Positions 39,764 to 49,775 of a stretch of DNA of 64,000 bases are shown here, in pieces; within the stretch, counting starts at the first letter, position 1; each line of letters begins with the position of its first letter. Where the stretch lies: assembly GCA_963803435.1 (NCBI GenBank), contig CAWDML010000001.1, positions 352,001 to 416,000 on the forward strand, read 5' to 3'. A program made the position numbers and the translations under genes. The notes beneath the pieces were generated by a model. The model saw only the letters and a program-made list of their open reading frames with translations, was not told the DNA's origin and made no database searches. Origin of the DNA: an uncultured delta proteobacterium. GTDB lineage: Bacteria; Myxococcota; Kuafuiibacteriia; Kuafuiibacteriales; Kuafuiibacteriaceae.

Positions 39764-41604
39764 GTGAAGTGGTTCAAGCGCAGCCTGCTCGCCCTCGCTC
39801 TCGTGCTCGCGGCAGGCGCCGTCTTCGCCGTGCCCACGCTCTTCGGCAAGCCCTGGCTCATCAACCACTTCTACCTCCGTGTCCTGGTACAGGCGGTCTT
39901 CGACGATCCGCTGCTCCTCACCCAGCTGAGACTGTTCGAGTCCGTCGGCCTGCACGTCGGCGCGGACGAGCTGCCCGACATGACGATGGCCGTCCGCGAC
40001 AAGCAGGCGGCGCGCGCCAAGAAGGACCTGGAGACCCTCGAGCGCTACGACACCGACGGCTTCTCGGAGGACGAGCGCCTCTCTTACGACGTCATGCACT
40101 GGCTCCTCGAGGTCGGGGTGGAGCAGTCCAACCGCTTCGAGAACCATCCCTATGCGTTCGACCAACTGGAGGGCCTGCACGTGCGGTTCCCGGACGTGAT
40201 GGTGAACTACCACCTGATCGAGCGCGCCTCCGACGCCGAGGACTACGTGACGCGCGTGCGGAAGATCGGCAAGGCGCTCGACGATCTCGCCGCCACCGCC
40301 GGCACGCTGGCCGACAAGGGCTTCACGATCCCACGCTTCATCCTGAAGAAGGTCGAGAAGGACGCGCGCGACTTCGCCGACAAGCCGGTGAAGCAGAACG
40401 CGCTCTTCAGGGACTTCCACGACAAGGTCCAGAAGCTCGGCATCTCTCCCGAGGAGAAGGCCTCGCTGGTGACGGCGCTCCAGCAGGCGCTCACCGACGA
40501 CGCGGACCCGGGCTACCGGCGCTTCGCCGACGCCGTGGCGGCGATGATCCCGGGCGCGACCGACGACGCCGGCGTGTGGCATCTGCCCGACGGCGAGGCG
40601 TACTACCAGCTCTGCATCAAGTCGAACACCTCGACCGAGATGAAGGCGGACGAGATCCACGCGATCGGCATCGCCGAGGTCGCGCGCATCCAGAAGGAGA
40701 TGCGATCGATCCTCGACTCGGAGCACATCACGGTGTCCTCCACCGTCTCCTTCGGGGACACGCTCCGCCACCTCGCGGCGGATCCGCGCTTCTTGTTCCC
40801 CGACACGGCCGAGGGCAAGGAGCAGCTCCTCGAACGCTATCGCGAGATTGCGACCGAGATGGAGTCGAACCTCGACAGCATGTTCATCACCAACCCGAAG
40901 GCGCCGCTCTCGGTGGAGCGGGTCCCCGAGTTCAAGGAGAAGACGTCCCCGTTCGCCTATTACTCGCCGGCCACCCTCGACGACAGCAAGGCGGGCACCT
41001 TCTTCGTCAATCTGCGGAACACGAAGGAGCACCCGAAGTACGGCATGCGAACGCTCGTCTATCACGAGGCCGTCCCCGGCCATCACTTCCAGATCTCCGT
41101 GGCGCGCGAGCAGAAGAGCCTGCCGCTGTTCCGACAGCTGGTACCGTTCACCGCCTACTCGGAGGGATGGGCGCTCTACGCCGAGCAGCTCTCGGACGAG
41201 CACGGCTTCGAGAAGACCCCCCTCGATTGGCTGGGCTACCTCGACGCGCAGCTCTTCCGCGCCGTCCGGCTGGTGGTCGACACCGGCCTCCACTCGAAGC
41301 GCTGGACGCGCGATCTGGCGATCCAGTACATGCTCGACAACAGCGGCACCTCGGCTACCGAGACGGAGACCGAGATCGAGCGGTACATGGTGTGGCCTGG
41401 GCAAGCGCTCGGCTACATGGTGGGCCGGCTGAAGATCCTCGAGCTCCGCGAGCGCGCCCAAAAGGCGCTCGGCGAGGCCTTCGACGAGAAGGAGTTCCAC
41501 GAGGCCGTGCTGCTCCCAGGGGCACTCCCGCTGGCCTTGCTGGAGAAGCAGGTGGATCGCCGGGTCGAAAAAGAGAACGCCGGCGCTATGATCCACGGGC
41601 GTGA
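39764..41604 (+). CDS. DUF885 domain protein; 3' end uncertain (as sequenced reads to 41713, true stop probably 41591 or 41604)
   Basis: 'HEAVPGHHFQ', 'AYSEGWALYAE', 'RAVRLVVDTGLH', 'EIERYMVWPGQALGY'. The read-through tail overlaps the next gene by 113 bp. Confidence 0.9.
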
Positions 41605-42456
41605 AGCCGTTCCTCCTCAAGGTGAGCGTGTTCTGCCTGACGTTGATCCCGCTCTACTTCATCGGCTACGAGCTCCTCTTCGACGCCCACCACTGGCTCC
41701 GGACCCGGAATGATCCGACCGCCGTCTACGTGCTCGGCGACTCCAGGACCTACAACGCGGTCGATCTCGACGGCGCTCAAGGCGCGCACCGGGCGCCGCT
41801 TCTACAGCTACATGCAGCACGCGATGAGCGACTACTCGCTGATGAAGTTCGCCGAGATGATCCCGCCGGGCGCCACCGTGCTGTTCGGCCCGAGCTGGGG
41901 GCTGCTCCTCCGCGACAAGGACGACGCCTCCTACCACAGCGGGTACTCGTGGCGCGGGCTCCGCATGCTGCTCGAGGGCGAGGGCGAGTACTGGCACTTC
42001 CGCCGGATCTTCGTGATCAACCGGATCCCGCTGGAGGCGCCCTTCTTCCAGGAGACCCCCTATCCGCTCGACGCCCTGGACGCGCCCCGCCTCGGCAACC
42101 TCGAGAAGGTGCGCAGCTTCTACACCCAGCCCCCGCCGCCCTCCTTCGAGGCCAAGAAGCGCCTGGTCACCGCCGCGATCCAGGTGATGCTCGACAAGGG
42201 CTGCCATCTGGAGGTGCTCGACATCCCGATCCCGCCCGACATGGCCGCCGTCCGGGATCGGGAAAAGGGTCCGATCGTCGAGGCGTTGGGGCTGGTGGGG
42301 CGCGCGAACGTCCGCATCTGGACGGGGATCCCGCTGGTCGATCCGGAGGGGAAGAACGTCTGGGCCGACGCCGATCACATGAACCAGCGGGGGCGCCGCC
42401 GGATGACCGAGTTCCTGGTGACCCACGTCTTTCCCCCACCGGCGCCGAAGACCTGA
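41601..42456 (+). CDS. Membrane-anchored SGNH-like protein, +1 frameshift near 41770
   Basis: N-terminal TM helix; 'VLGDSRT' block I; C-terminal 'WADADHMN' DxxH in the 41710..42456 frame. Confidence 0.65.
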
Positions 42457-42524
42457 TAACCCCGCGTCACAAAAGGCGGCCTTCGGGTCACCCAGGGATC
42501 GTTCCGGGGGTCGTAAGAGTAGTC

Positions 42525-44735
42525 GTGGCAGATCATCGTCGAGCGTTCGTCGTCCTCTTTTCACTCGCCGCCTCGGCCGGCTGCGGCGAGGGCAAGCTGC
42601 TCCAGACGCCGCCGGACGGCTCGACCGTCCAGGACGGCGGCTACACCTGGTGGGGCGACGTCCAGCCGATCATCGAAGCGAAGTGCCAGCAGTGCCACTC
42701 GAACCCTGTCCAGCTGGGCGCCCTCGGTCCGCTGGTCACGTATCAGGACACGCAGGCGCCCTCCACCCAGGGCGTGCCCATGCACGTGATGATGGCGTCG
42801 CGGATTCACGACGACCTGCGCCCCATGCCGCCGCCCTCCCAGTCGCCCCTCACCGAAGAGGAGACCGCGATCATCCAGGCCTGGTCGGACGGCGGGGCCA
42901 AGGAGGGCGATGCGCCGGGGCCGAGCTACTACAACGATGTGCAACCCATCCTGCGAACACGATGCGGTCTCTGCCACGGGACGACACCGCAGTTCGGCGC
43001 GCCGCGCTCGCTGGCCTCGTTCCAGGATCTGATCGCGCTGACCGGCGCCGGTGACCCGGTGTACCAGGTTGTCGCCACGCGCGTCGGCGCCGGAAGCATG
43101 CCGCCCACCGGTCAACCCAAGTTGACGGACGCCGAGATCGCGACCATCCAGGCGTGGGCCGGCTCCGGCGCGCCCGCGGGCCGACAGATGACGACCTACT
43201 CCTGGCAGACGGACATCCGCCCGATCGTCGAGGCGAAGTGCGGCGTCTGCCACGGCCCCGAGCCGGCGTTCGGCGCGCCCCGATCGATCTCGACGTGGGA
43301 GCAGACGCAGGTCACCACCGCCGCGGGCGCCAAGGTGTACGAGGTCATGGCGTCGCGCACGGCCGCGCGGACGATGCCGCCCTCGCAGCAGCCGCAGCTG
43401 AGCGACGGCGAGATCGCGATCATCCAGGCCTGGGCCGCCGGAGGCGCGCCCGACGGCCGCCTCTCCCAGAACGCGCCCACCTGGTGGAAGGACGTGGAGC
43501 CGATCGTCCGCCGCCGCTGCCAGACCTGCCACAGCAACCCGCCGCAGTTCGGCGCGCCGGTGCCGTTCGTGACGTACGAGGACGTCTCCCGCCCCACCGC
43601 CAGCGGCCAGCCCTACCACGAGGTGATGGCGTTCCGGATCGTGGCGCCGTCGAACGCGATGCCGCCGCCGCAGCAGCCGCAGCTCAACCAGGCCGAGATC
43701 GCGACCATCCAGAAGTGGTCGCGGGCCGGCGCGCCCGAGGGTCGCCGCGAGGACGCCGACGCCGGCACCGACGCGGGCGTGGCAGACTCCGGCCCCGGCA
43801 TCCCCTGGATGAACGGCGGATCATCGACGACCGACAACCCGAATCAGCGATGGCTCGATCTCCACTCGGCGCAGCCCGACACGGATCCGCCGCAGCCGTA
43901 CGACATCCCGCTGGGCGAGACGCAGTACACCTGCTGGTCGTATCCGGTCGGCACGCCGCTCGGCGGCGACGAGTATGCGGTGTTCGTCGAGCCCGTGCTG
44001 TGGAACGACGTCCGCCACATCCACCACATGATGCTGTACCACGACGACAGCGGCACCATCCCGCAGTCGGACGGCGTACTCGGTCCCTTCGACTGCCCAA
44101 CGTTCCCGCGCGCCGGCAACTCGGATCGGTACGCCGGCTACATGGGCGGCTGGTTCCCTGGCCTGCTCCCCTACGCGCTGCCCGACGGCGTCGGCATCCG
44201 GATCGCACCCACCGATCGGGTCATCCTCCAGACCCACTACGACCAGGTCCACCAGACCGGGAACACCGACTTCAGCGGGGTGCGTCTCTTGCTCGACAAT
44301 CGGCCGCACCAAGCGTCGGATACGTTCTGGACCGGCGTCATCTGGGGCACGCCGCTCGACGGTCCCAACGAGATCCGCCAGGGCTCGTGCACGCTGCCCC
44401 AGGAGACGACGCTGTTCGCTTCGTTCCCTCACATGCACACGTACGGCACCCGGATCACCGCGGAGATCCGCCGGGCAGGCGAGAGCGACTGGACGATGAT
44501 CTCGAACATCCCCTCGTGGAACTTCCTCGATCAGCCGATCCTCCCGGTCGATCCGGAGTATCAGCATCTCAACGCAGGCGATCAGCTGCGCACGACCTGC
44601 TACTGGGACACCCAGGGTCAGTCCGTAGTGCAGGGTGAAGGATCACTCGACGAGATGTGCTTCGTCATCTTTTGGAGCTATCCCCCGCTGGCGGACTCCG
44701 GCCCTGGGAACCCATGTGTTAATTACTCGCCATGA
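42525..44735 (+). CDS. Lipoprotein: four tandem monoheme cytochrome c domains plus copper type II (PHM/DBH-like) monooxygenase
   Basis: Lipobox 'AASAGC'; CQQCH, CGLCH, CGVCH, CQTCH each followed by MPP and 'IQ.W...GA'; then 'HIHHMMLY', 'QTHY', 'PHMH', 'DEMC'. Confidence 0.85.
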   Translation: MADHRRAFVVLFSLAASAGCGEGKLLQTPPDGSTVQDGGYTWWGDVQPIIEAKCQQCHSNPVQLGALGPLVTYQDTQAPSTQGVPMHVMMASRIHDDLRPMPPPSQSPLTEEETAIIQAWSDGGAKEGDAPGPSYYNDVQPILRTRCGLCHGTTPQFGAPRSLASFQDLIALTGAGDPVYQVVATRVGAGSMPPTGQPKLTDAEIATIQAWAGSGAPAGRQMTTYSWQTDIRPIVEAKCGVCHGPEPAFGAPRSISTWEQTQVTTAAGAKVYEVMASRTAARTMPPSQQPQLSDGEIAIIQAWAAGGAPDGRLSQNAPTWWKDVEPIVRRRCQTCHSNPPQFGAPVPFVTYEDVSRPTASGQPYHEVMAFRIVAPSNAMPPPQQPQLNQAEIATIQKWSRAGAPEGRREDADAGTDAGVADSGPGIPWMNGGSSTTDNPNQRWLDLHSAQPDTDPPQPYDIPLGETQYTCWSYPVGTPLGGDEYAVFVEPVLWNDVRHIHHMMLYHDDSGTIPQSDGVLGPFDCPTFPRAGNSDRYAGYMGGWFPGLLPYALPDGVGIRIAPTDRVILQTHYDQVHQTGNTDFSGVRLLLDNRPHQASDTFWTGVIWGTPLDGPNEIRQGSCTLPQETTLFASFPHMHTYGTRITAEIRRAGESDWTMISNIPSWNFLDQPILPVDPEYQHLNAGDQLRTTCYWDTQGQSVVQGEGSLDEMCFVIFWSYPPLADSGPGNPCVNYSP

Positions 44736-45787
44736 GGCGAGTGCTCCCTCTCCTGCTCATCGCGCTCACTCCCCGCCTCGCCGCCGCCCACGGAGGCAAT
44801 CCTGCGCAGGCGGTCGTGCTCGAACCGGGCAGCATCGGACCACCGGTCGACGACGCGTTCCTGATCAAGTGGCTCGACGCCGGGCCGCCGCCGCCGGTCA
44901 CCGGGACGGCGTACGTCAGCCTCTACTACACGAAGGACATCCCGATCACGTTCCCCCTCGGCATCATGGCGCCGACCCTGACCGGCACCGTGATCCTGTC
45001 GGGCGTTCCGGAGGATCAAGGACCCGACGAGTTCCTCTGGGATGTGTCCAACATGCCGTCGGGTCACTACTGGATCTGGTCGCTCGTCGATGATCCTCCG
45101 ATGGAGATGTCGGCCCAGTACGTCCGCTTCTCCCCCGCGCCGCTGACGGTGCTCCACGGGAACGATGTCATCGGGCCCGCGATGACCATCCTGAAGCCGC
45201 AGAGCGAGTTCAGCACGGCGGACGAGTTCTACACCGTCGACTATCAGAGCTGGGACCCGACCGGGACCGCACGGATCCGGTTCGAAGCTTCGCCGGACGC
45301 GTTCCGCATGGAGCCGATGTGGTTCGTCATCGCCGACAACATCTATGCGCAGCCGGCCGGTACCATCGGATGGAACACGTCGGTCCTCGAGGAGGGCGAC
45401 TACATGCTGCGCGCGACGATCACGGACTGCGACGGACGCAGCTTTGTCACGTACAGCCGCTACTTCCTGTTCGTCGCGCACCTCGACCCGCCGGACGCGG
45501 GGCCCCTCGAAGGCGGCGAGGAGCCCGACGGCGGATCGCTGATCGAGTGGTGCAGCCAGCTCCCGGACGACTCCGGCGTGCTCCCGAGCCCGGAGGCCGG
45601 CACCCGGGACACGGGCGTCGAGCCGGGCATCGACGCGGGCGCGGTCGTCGAGCCGACCGAAGATCCGGGCTGCGGCTGTTCCACCACGGCCACGCGCGGA
45701 TCGCCCCTTTGGGCTGGGCTGCTGGGCGCGTTGGCCTTCGCGCGCCGGCGCCGACGCCGACGTTCCCGTCGCCATCCGCCGCAGTGA
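44732..45787 (+). CDS. Secreted protein with two Ig-like domains and MYXO-CTERM sorting signal
   Basis: Signal peptide; 'WDVSNMPSGHYWI' and 'WNTSVLEEGDYML'; 'PGCGCS...LWAGLLGALAFARRRRRRR'; ATGA overlap with the upstream gene. Confidence 0.8.
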   Translation: MRRVLPLLLIALTPRLAAAHGGNPAQAVVLEPGSIGPPVDDAFLIKWLDAGPPPPVTGTAYVSLYYTKDIPITFPLGIMAPTLTGTVILSGVPEDQGPDEFLWDVSNMPSGHYWIWSLVDDPPMEMSAQYVRFSPAPLTVLHGNDVIGPAMTILKPQSEFSTADEFYTVDYQSWDPTGTARIRFEASPDAFRMEPMWFVIADNIYAQPAGTIGWNTSVLEEGDYMLRATITDCDGRSFVTYSRYFLFVAHLDPPDAGPLEGGEEPDGGSLIEWCSQLPDDSGVLPSPEAGTRDTGVEPGIDAGAVVEPTEDPGCGCSTTATRGSPLWAGLLGALAFARRRRRRRSRRHPPQ

Positions 45788-46089
45788 GGAACACGTGCGT
45801 CGGCCGGCGGGCGGAATCGGCTGCCGGGTCGCCGGGTCCTGGGCTTGCTCTGCGGAGCCGGCATGATCCCGCCCCAGCTCTTGGCGCACGTCTCCGCGGT
45901 CGCGGCCGTCTACGTCCAGGCGCTCCGCGCGTCGCGGAGGGTCCTGCAAAGATCGCTGGGAAAGCACGGATCTGGCGTCGATCCCAGGGTTCGAGTACAG
46001 TGGCTCTTGCGTCGCGAAAACCGCGGCGTGGCGGAAGGGCCTCGGCCCCATGAAATCTCCGACACAATCTGATTTCCGTCAGAACTCAA

Positions 46090-46356
46090 TCGAGGGTGGC
46101 GTCGGAGTCCATCTTCGACCAGATGGAACACCCTGGTTGGACGTGGCCAACCGGCCGTCGAAGCGCCAGGGTGCCGGCGAAGACGCCGGGGGAGGTTACG
46201 CGAGCGTGAATCATGAGAAGGGTCTCTGGAGAGAGGCTGATTCGTAGGATCTTCGTCCGCGACGGCACTCGGTGCTGACGCGGTGCGGAGCTCAGGCTCG
46301 GTCCTCTCTCAGAGGCCATCGAGGCGACGAGTGCGCAGGCATTCGTCGCCTTTTTT
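46090..46356 (+). ncRNA. Candidate structured RNA, family not recognised
   Basis: Several hairpins plus a ~97-nt rod, ending in an intrinsic terminator with no nearby + strand gene. Confidence 0.3.
46322..46356 (+). terminator. Rho-independent terminator
   Basis: AGGCGACGAGTGC-gcag-GCATTCGTCGCCT followed by a T run. Confidence 0.75.
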
Positions 46357-47882
46357 AGTCCCCCCCGGACCGCAGCTCCGGCCAGGAATCCGATCAGCAT
46401 GCCGAAGAAGTGGGCGGTGAAGCTGACCTCGGCGATCGACAGATCGAATCCCGTCTGAAGCGCGAGGATCAGGACGATCTGGCTGAGCTGCGCGCGGGCC
46501 GGTCGTGAGTGCTCGCGCCGCCAGCCGCGCAGGAACAGGAACGCGGTCGCGCCGAGCAGGCCCATGATGCCCGCCGAGGCGCCCACCAGCAGCACCGACT
46601 CGTGCAGCCACCACGCTTTGATCACCACGGCGCTCATCCCGCCGAAGCCCGCCACCACGTAGACGACCAGGAAACGCCGCCAGCCCAGCATGCGCTCCAC
46701 GAAGGGCCCGAAGAACGCCAGGCCGATCATGTTCAGGATGAGGTGGAGCGGGCCGAAGTGGAGGAACGTGGCGGCGAAGAGACGCCAGATCTCACCGTCG
46801 AGGACCCGGGCGGCGTCGACCGCGCCCAGGGAGAAGAGCGTATGCGGGTCGGTGCTCCCGCCGGCGAGCACCTCGACGCAGAAGACCGCCAGGGAGGCCG
46901 TCACCAGCGCCCAGGTGGCCCGGGCATGCCGACGGAGGTCGCCGTAGGAGGGTCGGTAGCGCGCCTCCTGCTCGAGGTCCTCCTCGAGCCTCGAGAGGAT
47001 CGACTGCGCTTCGGTCGAGAGCGCGTCGGCGGCCACCGGCGGCGGACGCGCGAGGCGAACGCGCGCGAGGCTCCCGATCATCCGATCGGGATCCTCGAGC
47101 AGCACGCCGAGCCGGGCGCGGCCATGGTCGTGCGCACCGGCGGCCAGCTCGGCGGTGGCGCGCCAGAGCTCCCGGGCCGAGGCCGGGAGCGCGGACAGCT
47201 TCGTCTCGAGGAGCCCTTCGACCGCCGCGGTCCGCCCCCCGAACGCCAGCACGGTCAGGCGAGCGCCCGGCGGGAGCCCCCGCTCGGTGATCCGGCGGCA
47301 GTCGTGGTGGAGCCTCACCATCTCCTCGATCCGACCGATCTCTCCGAGCGCGCGCAGGCAGTGGATCAGGACCGATGGGTTCCTACCGAGCCCACCTCCG
47401 TCGACCAGCCGGAGCGCGCACGCACCGTAGGCCTCCCACTGCTCGGTGGCTCGGTAGTAATGCATCGCGGCGATCGGCGCGAGCGCCGCCGAGCGGGAGC
47501 GCATCAGTGCCTCGTAGATCGCGGCCGCCGCCTCGACATCGCCGCGCTGCTCGGCCTCGAGCCCCCGGTACAGCCGGGCCTGCTCACGGAACCCGTCGAA
47601 CGGATGGAGCACCCCCACCGCCCGGGCGAACGCGCCGGCCTCCGCCTGCCGGCCCCGCAGCGAGGCGCGGACCACCAGCCGCTGGAGCAACGTCGGCGCC
47701 AGCACGAGCGCGCCCCAGCCGGCCGCGGCGACGAAGCCGGCGATCGAGGGCCTGAGCAACCCGACCACCAGCAGCACCAGCAGAAGGAAGACGTTCTTGG
47801 TGATCCACCCGGCGAGCAGCCGGGGAGAGAGTCGGAGACCGCGGATGATGGTCGCCGCCGCCGAGACGGCCACCAGCATCAC
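46355..47882 (-). CDS. Rhomboid family protease with N-terminal TM and TPR-like helical region (as sequenced reads through to 46086)
   Basis: 'GEIWRLFAATFLHFGPLHLILNM', catalytic 'VGASAG', 'AHFFG'. Removing one G from the G7 run gives TAA at 46355, next to the terminator hairpin. Confidence 0.85.
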
Positions 47883-47904
47883 CAGGATCGTGTTCGTGTT
47901 CAGG

Positions 47905-49239
47905 TCACAGGTCCTCGCTGACCTTGGGCTCCTGCAGGTTCGTGCTCTCGCGACGGAAGAGCGGCACGTACTCGCGGAGCTCGGAGCCGAGGTACACCTG
48001 TCGCGGCCGAACGATCTTCTGCTCCTCTCCCGAGACGAACTCGGCCCATTGGGCGAGGAAGCCGCTGGTACGGGGGATCGCGAACATCACCGGGAAGAAC
48101 TTCCGCGGCATGCCCATGGCCTCGTAGATGATGCCCGAATAGAAGTCGACGTTCGGGTAGAGCTTACGGATGACGAAGTACTCGTCTTCGAGCGCGATGC
48201 GCTCCAGCTCCTTGGCGATGTCGATGCGCGGGTTGCGACCGGTGACCTCGAAGACCTCGTGCGCCAGCTCCTTGATGATGCGCGCGCGCGGGTCGTAGTT
48301 CTTGTAGACGCGGTGCCCGAAGCCCATCAGTCGGCCCTCGCCGTTCTTGATGCGCTTCACGTAGGCGGGGATGTTCTTCACGTGGCCGATCTCGTCGAGC
48401 ATCTTGAGCACCGCCTCGTTGGCGCCGCCGTGCTTCGGGCCGTAGAGGGCCGCGGTGGCCGCCGCCGCGGAGACGTACGGATCACCGCCTGCGCTCGCGA
48501 CCAGACGCATGGCGCTGGTCGAGCAGTTCTGCTCGTGGTCCGCGTGCAGGATGAAGAGGACGTCGAGCGCGCGCTCGAGCACCGGGTTCGGCTTGTACTT
48601 CCGCTCGCTCATTCGATACATCATCGAGAGGAAGTTCCCGGTGTAGCTGAGCTCGTTGTCCGGATAGACGTACGGGAGGCCCTGGGTGCGACGGTAGAGG
48701 AAGGCGGCGATCGTGGGCAGCTTCCCGATCAGACGGCGGGTCTGAAGGCGGCGGCTCTCGAGGTCGTAGATGTTGCGGGCCTCGGGGTAGAACGTGGAGA
48801 GCGCCGCGACCGTGGCGATCAACATTCCCATCGGGTGCGCGTCGTAGCGGAACCCGTCCATCAGCTTCTTCAGGTTCTCGTGGACGAACGTGTGGATGGT
48901 GATGTTGTGCCGCCACATCGCCATGCGCTCCTCGTCGGGGAGCTCTCCTTTGACGATCAGATACGCGACCTCGAGGTAGTTGCTCTTCTCGGCGAGCTGC
49001 TCGATGGGGTAGCCGCGGTAGCGGAGAATGCCGCGCTCGCCGTCGATGTACGTGATCTTGCTGTGGCAGGCCGCGGTGTTCATGAAGCCCTGGTCGTAGG
49101 AGAGCAACCCCGGATCGGCGGCATCGAGCTTGATCTGTTTCAGGTGCGTGGCCTCGATGGCCCCATGCTCGATCGGGAGCTCGTAGGTCTTGCCGGTGCG
49201 ATTGTCCGTGATCGTCAGGGTGTTCTTGGGCCCGTTCAT
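47905..49239 (-). CDS. gltA: Citrate synthase
   Basis: 'ITYIDGERGILRYRGYPIE', 'LHADHEQNCST', 'HGGANEA', 'GFGHRVYKNYDPRA', 'YPNVDFYSG'. Confidence 0.97.
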   Translation of the reverse strand: MNGPKNTLTITDNRTGKTYELPIEHGAIEATHLKQIKLDAADPGLLSYDQGFMNTAACHSKITYIDGERGILRYRGYPIEQLAEKSNYLEVAYLIVKGELPDEERMAMWRHNITIHTFVHENLKKLMDGFRYDAHPMGMLIATVAALSTFYPEARNIYDLESRRLQTRRLIGKLPTIAAFLYRRTQGLPYVYPDNELSYTGNFLSMMYRMSERKYKPNPVLERALDVLFILHADHEQNCSTSAMRLVASAGGDPYVSAAAATAALYGPKHGGANEAVLKMLDEIGHVKNIPAYVKRIKNGEGRLMGFGHRVYKNYDPRARIIKELAHEVFEVTGRNPRIDIAKELERIALEDEYFVIRKLYPNVDFYSGIIYEAMGMPRKFFPVMFAIPRTSGFLAQWAEFVSGEEQKIVRPRQVYLGSELREYVPLFRRESTNLQEPKVSEDL

Positions 49240-49325
49240 GAACGCGCCTTCATACCATAGACTCCTGGATTGGTTGACCGGTTGCTGGGAAGGCGGGAGG
49301 CCTTGAGATTCGCAGGTTTGAGTCG

Positions 49326-49685
49326 TCAGGCGAGGATGCGATCGAGCGTCTCGCGCACCTCGCTGACCCGCGGGAGGCAGCCGCCCATGGCCGCGAGATA
49401 GAAAGACTCTCCCTGGATGTCGACACGGGCGGCGTCGACGGAGCCGCCCGGCAGGGTCCGGCCGATGAACGACAGTGAGACGTCCTCGTCGCCGCTGATC
49501 GCCGGTCCGAGCGCAGCGAGCGCCTCCAGATCGACGCCGTCGTTCGTCCGGGTCCCCGCGACCAGCAGGCCCTCGCCGCTCGCCAGCGCCAGCGCGCTGA
49601 GGCCGAGCTTCTGGGCCTTGTGAAGCAGGTACAGATAGATGGCGGTCTTCGGTTCGTGGCTGCGGACGATACGGCGTTCGATCAT
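49326..49685 (-). CDS. Hypothetical protein, possibly Roadblock/LC7-like
   Basis: 119 aa from ATG 49685: MIERRIVRS...GLSALALASGEGLLVAG...DLEALAALGP; GC-rich third codon positions. Confidence 0.55.
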   Translation of the reverse strand: MIERRIVRSHEPKTAIYLYLLHKAQKLGLSALALASGEGLLVAGTRTNDGVDLEALAALGPAISGDEDVSLSFIGRTLPGGSVDAARVDIQGESFYLAAMGGCLPRVSEVRETLDRILA

Positions 49686-49775
49686 GGGGACCTCGATCGT
49701 TGTGCGGTGGTGTGATCTTTTTACCGCGTTCCAGCGACAGCGCAAGAAAACCGCCGAACTGCTAAGCCACCGCAC

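Noticed and set aside
41601-44735. 1044-aa ORF suggesting an SGNH-cytochrome-monooxygenase fusion
   Set aside because: A +1 frameshift near 41770 shifts the SGNH-like gene into a shadow frame. The heme/Cu protein has its own lipoprotein signal at 42525.
46221-46317. Glycine riboswitch (CTCTGGAGAG...CTCAGG)
   Set aside because: Lacks the CCGAAG core and there is no downstream gene on that strand.
44732-47882. Rhomboid as the sortase for the neighbouring MYXO-CTERM protein
   Set aside because: The genes are convergent, the rhomboid is coupled to gltA, and MYXO-CTERM processing is attributed to a CPBP-family myxosortase.
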